63,311 bases of DNA, filler included, from Hyphochytrium catenoides (GCA_900088475.1; 13 parts of 13 records of this genome joined end to end with filler, not necessarily neighbours in it); one strand, 5' to 3'. Shown: positions 39,017 to 51,136, numbered from the whole stretch's first letter. The notes: generated by a model from the letters alone, not told the origin. Program-made: numbers and translations.

Positions 39017-39614
39017 CCTCCCTCCCTCTCTCTGTCTCATTTTTCCTGTCGCTTTGTGGTCTCCTATCCTACTTCTCTCTCTCTCTCTGTGTCTGCAGCG
39101 TATCCTTCTTTGAGGCTCTACTCCGGCCCCATTCTTTTCTTTTCTTTCTTTACTTCCAATGTCCATCTTCATCACTACCTTTCACTCTTTCTTTTTCTCT
39201 CTCCCTCCCTCTCTCTCCTCTGTGTGTGTGTGTGGCTCGTTCTCTCTCGCTTTGTATGTCTCTCCCCCTCTCTCTCGTGTCCACTCAAGCGTTCTCCTCC
39301 TTGTCGCTCTAGATTTTCTCGATCACGCCTCCCTTTCCATTCATTCTTTCCTTTCTCTCGCTCTTTCTCGCTCTTTCTCTCTCCCTATTTCTCTTCCTTC
39401 TTACCTCATCTTCTCTTGTTTATCTCTCTCTTCCTCTTGTGCTCTCTCGGTCTTTCCCTCATTCTCTTACCCACTCGTTCCTGGTGCTGTCGAAGAGATA
39501 GACGACGACGTGTCCCGCTGTCCCTAAGATCTCCATAATATTCGCGTCCATCCGCTGCAGAACCATGAGATTCGAAGAGGGACTCTTCGAGCGGTCCAAC
39601 TGTAATGTAGCCAT
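36077..39614 (-). CDS. DCP1: mRNA-decapping enzyme subunit 1 (EVH1 domain + C-terminal trimerisation helix), multi-exon
   Basis: Spliced translation: MATLQ...NLMVLQRMDANIMEILGTAGHVVVYLFDSTRNEW | RKGIEGSLFVVKR | FQMVVLNRLSTTNLIQPI...YLIFRY | IVHAIWFYVEKERNLIA, then a low-complexity linker and DRERLRAAVIELIK|TDDDFFGAIVRSY...* (Dcp1 trimerisation motif). Confidence 0.9.
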
Positions 39615-40033
39615 CTCTTTCTCTCTCTCTCTCTCTCTCTCTCCTCCCTCTCTATCGCTCTTATCTATTAGTCTATTAGTAGCCTTCGCTCGAGCTTTGT
39701 CCTAAGGGCTTTCTCTTCTTCTTCCTCTGTGCTCTTCTGCTACTGCACCAGGAGCCTGCCTCACACCGTGTGCTGCCTTCTCTCTCTACTCTGTAGTTCC
39801 AGCAACCCCTTCTCTGAGAGAAAGAGACGAGCACTCTCTCTCTCTCCCTCCCTCTCTCTCTCTCTCTCTCTCTCGCTCAGACTAGTTGACGGTCGCTCAA
39901 GCTTGGCTCGGCGCCTCATTCAAAAAAATGAGCTACGGCGCTGTTGCTGGAAGCCGTGTCGCTTTCCTGTCCTTGGGGGCCTCTCTCCAATCTCTCTCTC
40001 TCTCTCTCTCTNNNNNNNNNNNNNNNNNNNCTC

Positions 40034-40084
<51 letters not shown>

Positions 40085-40368
40085 CTCTCTCTATCTATCT
40101 ATCTATCTATCTCCCTCTCTCCCTCTCTCTCTCTCTCTCTCTTTCTGGGCGTAGCTTTTCAAAAAGGTTCCATTTTGTGAGATTCTGGTTTTCTCTATGA
40201 AGTGTTATGTCTAGAATAACCTGTTATGCCCTTGGCCTTCAGGTCAAGGGTCTGAAACGCGAAATTGTNNNNNNNNNNNNNNNNNNNNNNNNNNNNNNNN
40301 NNNNNNNNNNNNTTAATTAATTAANNNNNNNNNNNNNNNNNNNNNNNNNNNNNNNNNNNNNNNNNNNN

Positions 40369-40880
40369 GAAAGAGTCTGCATATTCCACCTCCGCTCGGT
40401 CACTCCGACGGAACCGCGTCTCCCCAGGCTGAGGGAGAGAGAGAAACCAAGAGAGCGTAAACATGGGCAAGGCAATGGGAGCTGGAGAGAGAGAGAGAGA
40501 GAGTGGGAAGATAGAAGAGGGAGAAAGAGAGGAGAGAGAGAGAGAGAGAGAGAAAGAAGGATCCTCAGCCAAAGAAGAAAGAACGCGTTCAAATGATAAA
40601 TGGAACGATCGCAGAACGAGACAGAGAACCATTGGGGCGATGGATAACAAAAAAAAATGTAGAGAAAGAGACAAGAAAGAGGGAGAGAAGAAGAGTGAAG
40701 AGATAGAAAGAGAGAAAAGCGAAAAGACAAAAGGGAGAGACAGAGAGAGGAGAAGGAAAGAGAAAGCAAGAGACATACCAACGGAGGGAGAGGATAGACA
40801 ATAAGAAAGTGAAGCTACAAGGGAAGAGGAAGAGAGGATCTATATGCATATACGTTACAAAAATAGAGAGAGAGAGAGAC

Positions 40881-40917
<37 letters not shown>

Positions 40918-41169
40918 CTCTTTTGCCTTGCTCTCTCTCTGTATCTGCAGTCTGCGGATGGGTCCACAGTGCGCCATGAGCTCCCAGAGAAGCTCCTCAG
41001 AGACACGGCCGTGCAGGTCACTCACAGTCACTGTCCGAGCACTCGCTTCCTCTCCTTCTTCCTCTCCCGCATCCTCCTCTTCAGATGAAGAGAGAAGAGG
41101 CAGGAAATCGAGCGTCTCTTCTTCTCTCTCTCTCTCTTCTGGGTCTGGTTGCTCATCTCCCGCCATCAC
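40369..41169 (-). CDS. RRM-domain protein fragment (RBM7/SF3B4-like RRM), partial
   Basis: ARTVTVSDLHGRVSEELLWELMAHCGPIRRLQI with a GT donor near 40917. The next exon (40430-40369) gives AEVEYADS (RNP1-like). Truncated at the contig end. Confidence 0.65.
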
Positions 41170-41867
41170 CGAAGAGAGAGAGAGAGAAAGAGAGAGAGAG
41201 GGAGAGAGAGAGGGAGAGAGATCTAAAGGAAGGAATGCTCTCTCCTCTGCCTCTTCGATGTTTCTCTCAAACCTCTCTTCCTCTTCGTCTACTCCTCCGT
41301 GCCGTTCATCTCTCCCCTTTCTAAAGCGATGCTTGATCCCTTCGCGCTAGCAAGAACTTTCTGCTTGCCGAAGACAGATTTGAAAACAGTGGTCTATTAG
41401 TGGGTGAGAGATTGAGAGAGAGAGAGAGAGTGATCGAGAGAGTGAAAGAGAGAGAGAAGAGAGAAAGAGAAGGAGAAGACGGAGAGACAGAGGAAGCGAG
41501 AGAGAGAGAGAAAGAGAGAGAGAGAGGAGAGAGAGAGAGAGGAGAGAGAGAACCGTATCACAGCGAGAGAGAGAGAGAGAGAGATAAAGAAAGAGATAGA
41601 GAGAGAGAGAGAGGGGAAAGAGAAAGAGAGAGTAAGAAAGGAGGAGAGAGAGGGGGAAAGAGAAAGAGCGGAGAGAGGAGACAGAGGCACACAAGAGTCT
41701 CTCCTTGGGAGAGGTTGAAGCAGAAACAATGCGCTTCTGATCACTATTCAGACTTATGGAGAGGAACCAGTGCGTGTTCTTGATTAACGGCATACTGTTT
41801 CAAGAATTCCTAATTTTGGTCGTCCAATGTTCTACATACCAAAATGTAGGATTCTTCCACCAGAGGA

Positions 41868-41907
<40 letters not shown>

Positions 41908-42896
41908 GACCGACATAGGTAGAGAAGGACACTACCGCGCGCGCTCGCGAGAGAGAGAGAGACAGAGAGAGAGAGAGACAGACAGAGAGAGAGAGAGAGA
42001 GAGAGANNNNNNNNNNNNNNNNNNNNNNNNNNNNNNNNNNNNNNNNNNNNNNNGAGAGAGAGAGAGAGAGAGAGAGTCTCAGAAGGTGCGAGCCCTCGTC
42101 AGTCTTGCATTTTGACCGCGTTCTTCACCTGAACCAGAAGCCCCAAGTTTGGCGCTGAATCAGACATCAACATCGCTAGCGGACGACCGAGAGCCAGAGG
42201 AAGAAAGAAGAGTTAAGCTGCCACAAGAAGAGAAAGAGAAAGAGGGCACGCCAACGCACATTAACATCAGCAAGAGAAGGGCACGAGAGAGGGAGAATTC
42301 AGGGTATAAAAGCAGCGCTTGAAGAAAAGAAAGCGGTGTGAGGCGAAGGAGCGGGCGGAGAAAGAGAGAGAGACAGCGAGAGAGAGAAATAGCTGTTGAC
42401 CAGAGGTGAGAGGAAGGTCCTTCAAGGGGCAATCTTCCTTGGCCTTGCTCTCGAGAGCATGGCAGTGCTTTAGCTCTTCTTTCGAACCTTTCTCTTAGTC
42501 ATCTGCAGTTCTTTGGGTTTTCTTTCCTCCTCTCTCTCTCTCTTTTTTTACTCTTCTCCCTCTCTGGGTGTGTCTGCCTCTCCGTCATGGGCAGTCAGAC
42601 CTCTCGGACGGCGGGGGAGGAGTCATTGTCTCTCGCTTCTGCTGATGGGCGGCGATGGTGGGACGCTGTGAAGGCGAAGGNNNNNNNNNNNNNNNNNNNN
42701 NNNNNNNNNNNNNNNNNNNNNNNNTTAATTAATTAANNNNNNNNNNNNNNNNNNNNNNNNNNNNNNNNNNNNNNNNNNNNCGATCGAGCACGACGTAAAC
42801 TTCATTTTCACTTTCTGTTTCGAGACATCCGCAGACTCTTTCTTCTCTTCTCTCTCGTCTCTCCTGGAAGAGACACACGTCCCTGTCTTTTTCATA

Positions 42897-43180
42897 GAGT
42901 TGACCTGCGAACTGGGAGAACTCTCTCGTCGATTGTCTCTCCCGGAGAGAGAGAGACACGGAAAATTGACGGACTCTTCTCTCTTTCTCTCTCTTCTCTC
43001 CGAAGGCGTTCTTTATCAGGGGACAGACGGAGAGACAGTCCAGAATCTTCTCTCTCTCGATACAACGCACCAGTCAGCAGAAGAGACTGCGAGACAGATT
43101 TGGGAAGAAGTGAAAAAGAGAATGGACAAAGTGGTAGAAGAGACGGATTGGCAGAGAGGAAAAAAAAAAGAGAGAGAGAC

Positions 43181-43215
<35 letters not shown>

Positions 43216-43220
43216 AGTAA
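42897..43220 (+). CDS. C-terminal exon of a P-loop nucleotide/shikimate-kinase-like protein
   Basis: After an AG acceptor: ELTCELGELSRRLSLPERERHGKL...LLSLDTTHQSAEETARQIWE, matching the lid (L.C...L.RR...R...KL) and DTT..S.EE.A..I tail of NMP/shikimate-kinase folds. The Walker A motif is not in the contig. Confidence 0.55.
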
Positions 43221-44197
43221 CCCAGGAAGAGAACAAGACTGTACCTTGCATAAAGAGAGAGGGGAGAAAGAAAAGAGAGAGAGAGACGGTCTTGGCAGCA
43301 GGGAGACTCATTTGTTGGAGAGGAAAGAAAGAGAGAAAAGTCTCTCTCTCTTTCTCTCGAAACTTCTCTATGCAATCTGCGAGGCCGAAGAGATGATGGA
43401 GGAAGGACCGTCCTGCTCTTTCATCTCTCTCCAGTCTCTCTCTCTCTCTCTGCCACGCCAGTACGAAGTAGAGAGAACAAAGGGAGAGAGAGACAAAAGA
43501 AGAGAGAGAGCACGAGTGAGAAAGAGAAGGGAACAGAGGAAGAAGCAGAAGCCTTCTAACAAACTGGCGTACAGCAAGACTATTTCCATTTATAACAATT
43601 GCCGGAAGTCGCTTTGTCTCATCTCTTCTGTCTCTCTCTCTCTCTCTCTCTCTCACAAAACTTCTTATCTCTCTCTCTCTCTCTTTCTCTCTTGTCTTCT
43701 TATCTCTCTTTCTCTCTCTCTCTCTCTCTTTTCACTTCCCTCTTAAGATGTTAGTTTGCCATTGTGTCGAACGCTTGAGGACGATGCCGGATCATTCCTT
43801 CAGAGAGATACCTGGGGTCAGGAGTCCTGGGAGAGGGGAGAGAGAGAGAGAGAGAGAAAAAGAGAGAGAAAGAGAGAGAGAGTTAGCGGAAGGAAAGAGA
43901 GAAGAGAGAGATGTAACCCCAAGAAGGAAAAAAAGGGAACGGGAGAGTGAGAGAGAGAGAGGAACAGGAATGAGAGTGTGGCGCGATGTGACTAAGAGAG
44001 AGAGCGAGAGAGAAAGGTAGGGCTTCTATGGAAGAAGGAGAGAGAGAAGCGAGAAAGAAAGAGAGACGAGAAGAGAGAGTGGCGGAGAAAAGAAGCAAAC
44101 AAAACTAAGTGGAATGGGAGAGTGAAGAGTGATTGAAGGAGAGAGACCAAAAGGGCGAGAGAAACAAAAAGAGGAGGGATGCGGGGATGTTAGGAAG

Positions 44198-44260
<63 letters not shown>

Positions 44261-44824
44261 ACAAGGAGAGAGTATTAGTAGAGAAAGAGGGAGCAGTCGG
44301 GGAGAACTTGAGACACCAATGAAGGAGGGAAGAGAGAGGTAGAGAGAGAACGAGAGAGAGAAGAGAAGAGAAGAGAAAGAAAACGAGTGGTAGAAAAGAC
44401 ACACTAGGAAGATGATGGCGGGGAGCTTGCCGGCTTTCTATCCTCACTACCAGGTAAATGTCTTTCCCTGCATTACCCCTGACTCTCTCTCTCTCTCTTT
44501 CTTCCCCTAAACTTCTTTTTCTCCTGGCTTCTTTTCTTTCTGTAACCCCTCGCTTCAGCTCTTCTCTCTCCCTTACTCTAATTTTCTCTCTCCATAGCGA
44601 TTTATTCGTCTTTTTCTCTCTCTCTCTCTCTCTTCTCTCTTTGTCCTTTAAGTTTGATCCCCTTCCTCCTGTGTGAGTCTCTCCTTATCACTATCTCTAC
44701 TTCCTTTTCTTTATCTCCCTTCTGTCTCTCTCCTTGAATCTCTCTCTCTCTTACACTCATCTTTTCCTCTCTCTCTTTCTCATCTCTCTTCTGTTTCTTC
44801 GTTATGTTCCTCTCTCTCTTATAC

Positions 44825-44875
<51 letters not shown>

Positions 44876-44956
44876 ATTTTTACCCATCCTTTTTTTTAAT
44901 CTCTTCTTTATTGTCTCCCCCTTATTGTCTCCCCCTTGATCTCTGCTTTTGTTTAC

Positions 44957-45735
44957 CTTATAAAGCTGCAGTCCAATCTTGACCACGTACGGCTTCTTCT
45001 CTCCTTGTTTCTCTTCTGCAGTCTCTCTCTCTCTCTCTCTCTGTCTCTCCTGCGGCGGGCTCCATCTGCAACAGACTTTGTATGGGACGATGGTCTTCCA
45101 CTCGAAGCCTAACATTTTCAGTGCTTTATAGACTTCGCTCATCACGTGCGCAGGCTCTTTCTTTGACTGAATGCCTGGGGAGAGAGAGAGAGAGTAAGAG
45201 AGGGCGGGAGAGAGAGAGAAGGTGGGAGAGTGAGAGAAGGTGGGAGAGAGAGAGAAAGAGGCAGAGAGAGAGAGAGAGAGAGAGAGTTGAGGTTAGAGAT
45301 CTGCGGGATGTTATATGAAGATTTTGCAGATCAGCAGAACAAGCCTATAAAGTACTAATAGAGATTCTTAGAGTTTTTTGAGTGATGAAAAATTGGCTGG
45401 GAGGGTTCTCAGGTCGAGAAGGATAGACATGATAAAGGAAAGAAAGAGAGAGAGAAAAAGAAGAGAGAGAGAGAGAAAAAGAAGAGAGAGAAAGAGGTAG
45501 AAGAAAAAGAGAGAAGTAGAGATTCAAGACATGATATAAAGAAACGTAGGCACGCAGGGCCGTTTTCTGGCATGTGTGAGGATGGAGAAAAAGAGAGAGA
45601 GAGAGAGACGGAGAAAGAGGGATCAAGTGAGAGAAAGGACACAGAGAGAGAGAGAAAGACACAGAGAGAGAGAGGGAAAGAGAGAGATCCCACCTAGGTA
45701 CCATCGCCGCCGTCTTGAGTTGGCTGCGGAGGGCA
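44957..45735 (-). CDS. SNF1: AMPK/SNF1 catalytic alpha subunit, C-terminal (beta-binding/KA1-like) exons
   Basis: Exons 45735-45694 and 45174-44957: RRRRWYLG|IQSKKEPAHVMSEVYKALKMLGFEWKTIVPYKVCCRW...VVKIGLQLYK. Confidence 0.88.
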
Positions 45736-46199
45736 NNNNNNNNNNNNNNNNNNNNNNNNNNNNNNNNNNNNNNNNNNNNTTAATTAATTAANNNNNNNNN
45801 NNNNNNNNNNNNNNNNNNNNNNNNNNNNNNNNNNNTCTTCTACTAGTCAACGCCGCCACTCCGCTACTGTTTACCAGGACTTCTCAAGCCTGGTGGATTA
45901 CCGATAAGTCTGTTCTCAGAAAAGCTTCAGAAGGTTGGACCATCTTTGTGCTCAATAATATATATTCGAGTAGTAAGGGAGCGCGGTCTGGCGCTAACGG
46001 TTTGTGAACCCTACCCAGAAAAAAGTAGATGTACAACTGTACTGTACTTCTTGTGCGTCATGGATTCCTGATAAAATGAAATAGATGTCGTTGTTCACAA
46101 GAGCCATACATATAGATGTATATGCATGATAAAACGCTCACATCGCATCAAGAATCAAACCCATCAGCTATCTGTTTACTTATGTTTTTCAAGAGAATT

Positions 46200-46885
46200 T
46201 TTTATAAAGAGACTACTATTCAAGAGTGACGAGTAGGACCTTACTGAAGAGATGGGAATATGTACCACGGATATGAAGAGATCCAAGGACTAGCAAGCCA
46301 GAAGGAAAAGAATAGCAAAAAGATGCATGGACATAGAAAATTATTGGCCTTTTATAATTGGAAACAAGTATCCAAGAGTGACTAAGAGAGATTATACTAC
46401 TGCCGCTTCATCAACAAGAAGAGATGAGTGTACTACGCAGATGAAGAAAACAAAAGAAATAGCTAGCATGCCAGAAAAAAAGAAAGATCAAGGAAGCAGG
46501 GACTTAGAGGAGGATCGGCTCATTTTTATTAGTATCGAAAAGAAGAATCATTTCAAGAGACTGCTACTAGTAGAGACTATTGATCGCAGAACAAGGAGAG
46601 ATGTCGAGAATGATATGTACTAGGATTACAAAGTAGACAAGAGAGAAAGCTAGCTGACCAGAAGAAGGAAAGAAAAGCAAGGAAGCAGGGACCTTAGCAA
46701 CGGATTGGCCGTTTATTATGGAAACACTATTCAAGAATGACTACTAGTAGTAGAAAGGACTGATGATTGAAGAATAAGAAGAACACATGAGATATGCACT
46801 AAGAATATTATGAAGAGAACAAAAAAAAACCTAGCTAGCCAGAAAGAAAGGGAAGAAGAGCAACGAAGCAAGGACCTTCCCGGCC
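46200..46885 (+). repeat. Degenerate tandem array of about four ~150-190 bp units
   Basis: Recurring anchors TATTCAAGAGTGAC-like (~46217, 46368, 46550, 46728), CTAGC...CCAGAA, GAAGCA(G/A)GGAC and ATTGGCC-like. Confidence 0.75.
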
Positions 46886-47432
46886 GCCGAAAATTGACAG
46901 GAAGCAGCTGTGCGGGCACCGAACGAGGAAGCAGAAATCTCATTTTGCTCTCCAAGCATGCGAAGGAGAAAAAATCTTGATCCTCCTCTCGAGCGACGAA
47001 AGGATAGATAATAGAGGCAGGGGCGGCAGCAATCTGGGGAGAACAAGAAGGAGAAATTATCGTGTACTTCCTGCTACTCTCTCGCAAATCGTCTCTTTCA
47101 TCATCATCCTTAGTCAGTGGCAAGAATCAAAGGCGCTGCTCTTTGTCTCTTCTCATCGGCATGATTATCGATGATGCTATCTTTTCTTCTTAGCAGCCCT
47201 GAAAGCGATGAGTAGAAGGAAGAAAGTGGGCAGCGGGAGTGTACTACTTCTCATCTGCCTTTCCTATTATTGTCGATCTAAGCCCGGAGGGATGATGATA
47301 ATACCTACAGCCAACCTCATCAAGATTTACTACTACGTCGAGATGTGGTCTCAAATCTTCGTCCTGCTGGACATCTATCATATATCCATCCAAAGAGGCA
47401 TGTCAGCGGCGGCCATTCTACGATCGTCATCA

Positions 47433-47870
47433 TTATTCTGGATCTTTTTCAAATGTCTTAGTTCCTGGTGGCAGCTGGACCCAGGGATGGCGCCTGCAGT
47501 CGTAGATCGAGAGGGCTGGTGGAGGAAAGTTAGGATCCTTGAAAGCGCCGATGGCAACTCCGACAGAGTTTCTATGTTCTTCGCCAGCCTCCTCATCCGT
47601 GTGGAATAGATTCGTACCGCATACCGGACAAAAGCGGAACCTGGCCTTTCCCCCTTGGTCTCCGGCCCGAACGTATTCGGTGGCTTTGCCGTACACCTTG
47701 TACGCGGGGAAACTAGCCAGCGCCGCGAAGACGCTGCCGGTGCGTTGTTGACAGTCGAAGCAGTGACACATTGCGATGTGTCTTGGCTCGCCCGTGACTT
47801 CGATGCGGAGTTGCCCGCAATGACACGAAGCCGTTCGAAAAGGTGGCGATGATAATGATGAAGATGCCAT
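47433..47870 (-). CDS. GFA family (glutathione-dependent formaldehyde-activating / CENP-V-like) zinc protein, intronless, bacterial-like
   Basis: SCHCG...CHCFDCQQRTGS...RFCPVCGT...VAIGAFKDPNFPPP..SIY..RRHPWV: the full GFA Cys pattern plus a proteobacterial-style C-terminus. Confidence 0.92.
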   Translation of the reverse strand: MASSSLSSPPFRTASCHCGQLRIEVTGEPRHIAMCHCFDCQQRTGSVFAALASFPAYKVYGKATEYVRAGDQGGKARFRFCPVCGTNLFHTDEEAGEEHRNSVGVAIGAFKDPNFPPPALSIYDCRRHPWVQLPPGTKTFEKDPE

Positions 47871-50081
47871 CCGTACTGGTACTAGGTGCAGGGTCTAGAA
47901 GGCGTAGGAATAATGACGACAATGGAAAAGAGGAGCTTCTACTAGGCAGGGTACAGACGACTGTAGACAAACGAGGATAGTCCAACAACAACCAGCAGCA
48001 ATCACCAGATCGTGAGGGTGGAGGTGGATGGTATGGTGGAGCTACTGTTCAAGCTTACGATCGACAGCCGGCCAATAATAAGAGCGGGCGGCATCAGAAG
48101 TGACGACGTGCTACCGCGGGAGGAGATTGGTAAGTTCTTTCATGAACACTTTTTTCGAGCTGTGAAAGAAGATAAAAAGCGAGCCAAGATGGTGGTCAAC
48201 AGAGATCATGCACTGAGCTCTCTAGCGCTCTCTCTCTCTCATTACGTTGTCTGTCAACAAGAAAGAGGAAGAGCAGCCAGGTAAAGGAGGACAAGCAAGG
48301 TTGGGGGAGAAGAGGGAAGGAAGCAAGGGTGCTGGTTGGAGGAAGCAATGGGAAAAGAGAAGAGAAGGGCAAGAGCGACAGGAGGAAGTTGAGAGTGGTG
48401 GAAGAATGAGAACGAAGAAGCCAAGGAAACAACATCAGAGGAGAGAATAATAACCACACTTGAGACCAGACCCCTTCCTCCTGTCCAAAAGGGAGGAAGA
48501 GGAGGAAGAACCAAATAATCCTTATCATCAATAACTCATGTGATTATCAGTAAACCAGGAATTTATGAGAACAGGATTACAAATCTGTCTACTGAAGTAA
48601 ATCCCACAACGATTCTCATGGCTCCTACTTTGTAGGTTTGTTTGTAGGGGCCGGGGAATCATCATTCCGCCAGTCAAACTCTACTCTCTGATGATGACTT
48701 CTTTTCCTCCTCCTCCAAGCATTGACGTCATTATGCTGAATATTATTATCTTGCAGGCACCACAACCCTTTATCGTACGGTGATAGTCATCTGCTGCCTA
48801 GTTGTAGTACCCTTGTCGTGTGATGCAGAAGCGATATCAACGATTGGCTTATGAATGAAGCGCCTTATTCATTCGATGAACGAAGACAATGGCCAAACAA
48901 GAGCAAGCGCAGCAGCTAACGAGCAAGCCAAGGCTGCTCGAACAAGGAATTAGCCGTAAGAGTGATTGGTGTTTGCAATATAGAGTAATGTCATCAACCG
49001 CCCGTTTGCATTGTTGGCAATGCCGATAGTGGAGGTGGTGGTGGCGTGATACTTGCGGACAGACCACCAAATATGTTCGTCGGAGATGGAAAGAGTAGAG
49101 AATCATCATCAATTCGACCGAAAATGAAGAAAAATAAGGTAGCATACTTTATTAATGATCTATGTTTGTGATATGTGATAGGAAAAGAACGTAGATGTCT
49201 CAGTTGTTTCCCCGTTAACTTCTTCTTATCCTCCTGTTCTACTCACTTTTCGCGATGCATCTCAATCGTCCCTACAACAACAACGGCATAATGCTGCTGT
49301 TGACACTAGTAATATGGATAAAAGTTGCTCCCTGCTCTCCTTCCTTCCTTCCTTCACCTATCACCAGCAGTGCAATGTTATCGAGAGCCGGTAGCTCTCT
49401 GGCGATGACTGCTTTGCTTCTTCCATTGTAGTCGAGGAGAAAGGAAATGCAACTTTTTCCTCCGTAGTAGTAACATCATCATCGATAATCACAGTGACAC
49501 CACGCAGCAACAAAAACGCTGTGTTATATCGATGGTCCTCCCATCGGGTGACATAAGAAGAATAATAGGCTTGTGTTCGGCACCAACGAACAGCCGCTAA
49601 GTGTAGCCCGTGTTAATTTAGTAAGTAGTAGTGGTCATCAAGCACCGCTATTGTGGCAAACAAATAACTGTACAGGTACAACAGAAGAAAGGAGGTGATC
49701 GGCTTCGAGACTGACAGATGGTGGAACTGACATAACTTTTTGCCACATTTGCACATTTCTGAGACACAAAGACCCAATGAACTTTTTGGCGGTGAGCTCT
49801 ACTCTGCAGAATAAAAGTAGTAAACACCATTATTGTCCCTGATTTTAAGCAGGTTATTTTGAATTTGCTCGTAGGAATGTGGGCTGTCGAAAGGTGTGTC
49901 AACCCACATCATTGGNNNNNNNNNNNNNNNNNNNNNNNNNNNNNNNNNNNNNNNNNNNNTTAATTAATTAANNNNNNNNNNNNNNNNNNNNNNNNNNNNN
50001 NNNNNNNNNNNNNNNCGCCGGGAGGTGGGGGCACTAGATCGTAAACCTCATGGGACTGCATTGATTTAGCTCTCAGGTAAT

Positions 50082-50336
50082 TGTTGAACTGTGATCGACG
50101 CTGAAACCAAAAAGTGTACAGCGGACGACGCAGAGGGGAAATTCCCTGGTATATAAACAAAAAAGGAGATTAGTCAAGCGTACGTTTGGTGTATGGTGCT
50201 TACTGGTTAGGGTGTCGGCATCAAAGACAGAGGTCCTGGGTTCAAATCCCGGAGCGTACAAAACTTTTCTCCGGTATATCCAGACAACCCCCAATATTAA
50301 TTCCAAGTGCTCACCATCAAATGATAAAATCTAACA
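50082..50336 (+). mobile_element. 255-bp solo-LTR-like insertion containing a tRNA-derived cassette
   Basis: Ends TGTTGA...CTAACA. TSD GTAAT at 50077-50081 and 50337-50341. The empty site (single ATTAC) is at ~24953 in the sister Copia. Confidence 0.88.
50180..50260 (+). ncRNA. tRNA-like (pseudo-tRNA) Pol III cassette inside the solo LTR
   Basis: Acceptor stem GTACGTT/AGCGTAC, A-box TGGTGTATGG, T-arm CTGGG-TTCAAAT-CCCGG (B-box), stem TGTC/GACA. The D-arm is expanded and the anticodon loop is non-canonical. TATATAAA at 50150 and TTTT at 50265. Confidence 0.7.
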
Positions 50337-51136
50337 GTAATGGCGGCTAGCCATTCTGTGGCATGAGGTCCAGAGAGTGCCTCGCGGACTGTTTCGGTTC
50401 AGAGACATGCAGAAGATTAGCCTGGCCTACTGGAAAAGAGAGAGAGTCTTCTTCTAGCGGTCTATCACGACCACGAGTGATAGGACCGAGTGGAGAACTG
50501 ATTGTGGTCGGAGAGGAGGGAGAAGAAGCAGCGGGATGATCTTCGTTTTCGTCAAGCTCGCTCGTCTCCGCCCCATCAACAACATTGCTCGCTAGCTCCG
50601 GCCCCAGACAGTCATTGGTGGGTTCCTCTGGACTTGCTTCGTCAGCAGAAGGTTCACTTTCTTCTTCTGCTTGTCGCGCTGCACTCGCTTCACCACTTAC
50701 TTGCGCTGCTTCAGCGGCAGTTGCTTCTTCGCTCCCTATGATGGGAAACAAAGAGACATAGTCATAATTTTGCTGCCTTTTTGCCTGTTTGATCAGAAAG
50801 GCCCCAGCGCGAGACTCGTCGATAACCACATCACGCCGCACAGAGATGCTCTTGGTCAGAGGATCATACAGTTGATAGCCATGGGTGCCAGAGTCATACC
50901 CTACAAAGATATACCGAGAGCTCCGCGCATCAAGCTTTCGCAGCATCGTCGACGGCTTTAAAGCATACGCAAGTGAACCAAAGACGCGTAGATGACCAAC
51001 ATCAGGCGGCTTGCCATACCACTTTTCGTAGGGGGTAGAGCCATCGAGTGAAGCAGTAGGACAGCGATTGATCACATGAACTACGGAGGCCAATGCATCT
51101 GCCCAAAAAAAACGAGGTAGGTCAGTAGCAATCAGA

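Larger units (their letters stand above)
50016..51136 (-). mobile_element. Ty1/Copia element (integrase C-terminus to RT start), same family as 24921-26676
   Basis: LPRFFWADALASVVHVINRCPT...TPYEKWYGKPPDVGHLRVFGS...RKLDARS...FVGY...GYQLYD...RDVVIDES. The reverse complements of 50337-50373 and 50016-50076 match 24921-25022. Confidence 0.93.

Noticed and set aside
50180-50260. Functional decoding tRNA (apparent ATC anticodon)
   Set aside because: No U33, a mismatched anticodon stem and an unpaired, expanded D-arm. Treated as tRNA-derived instead.
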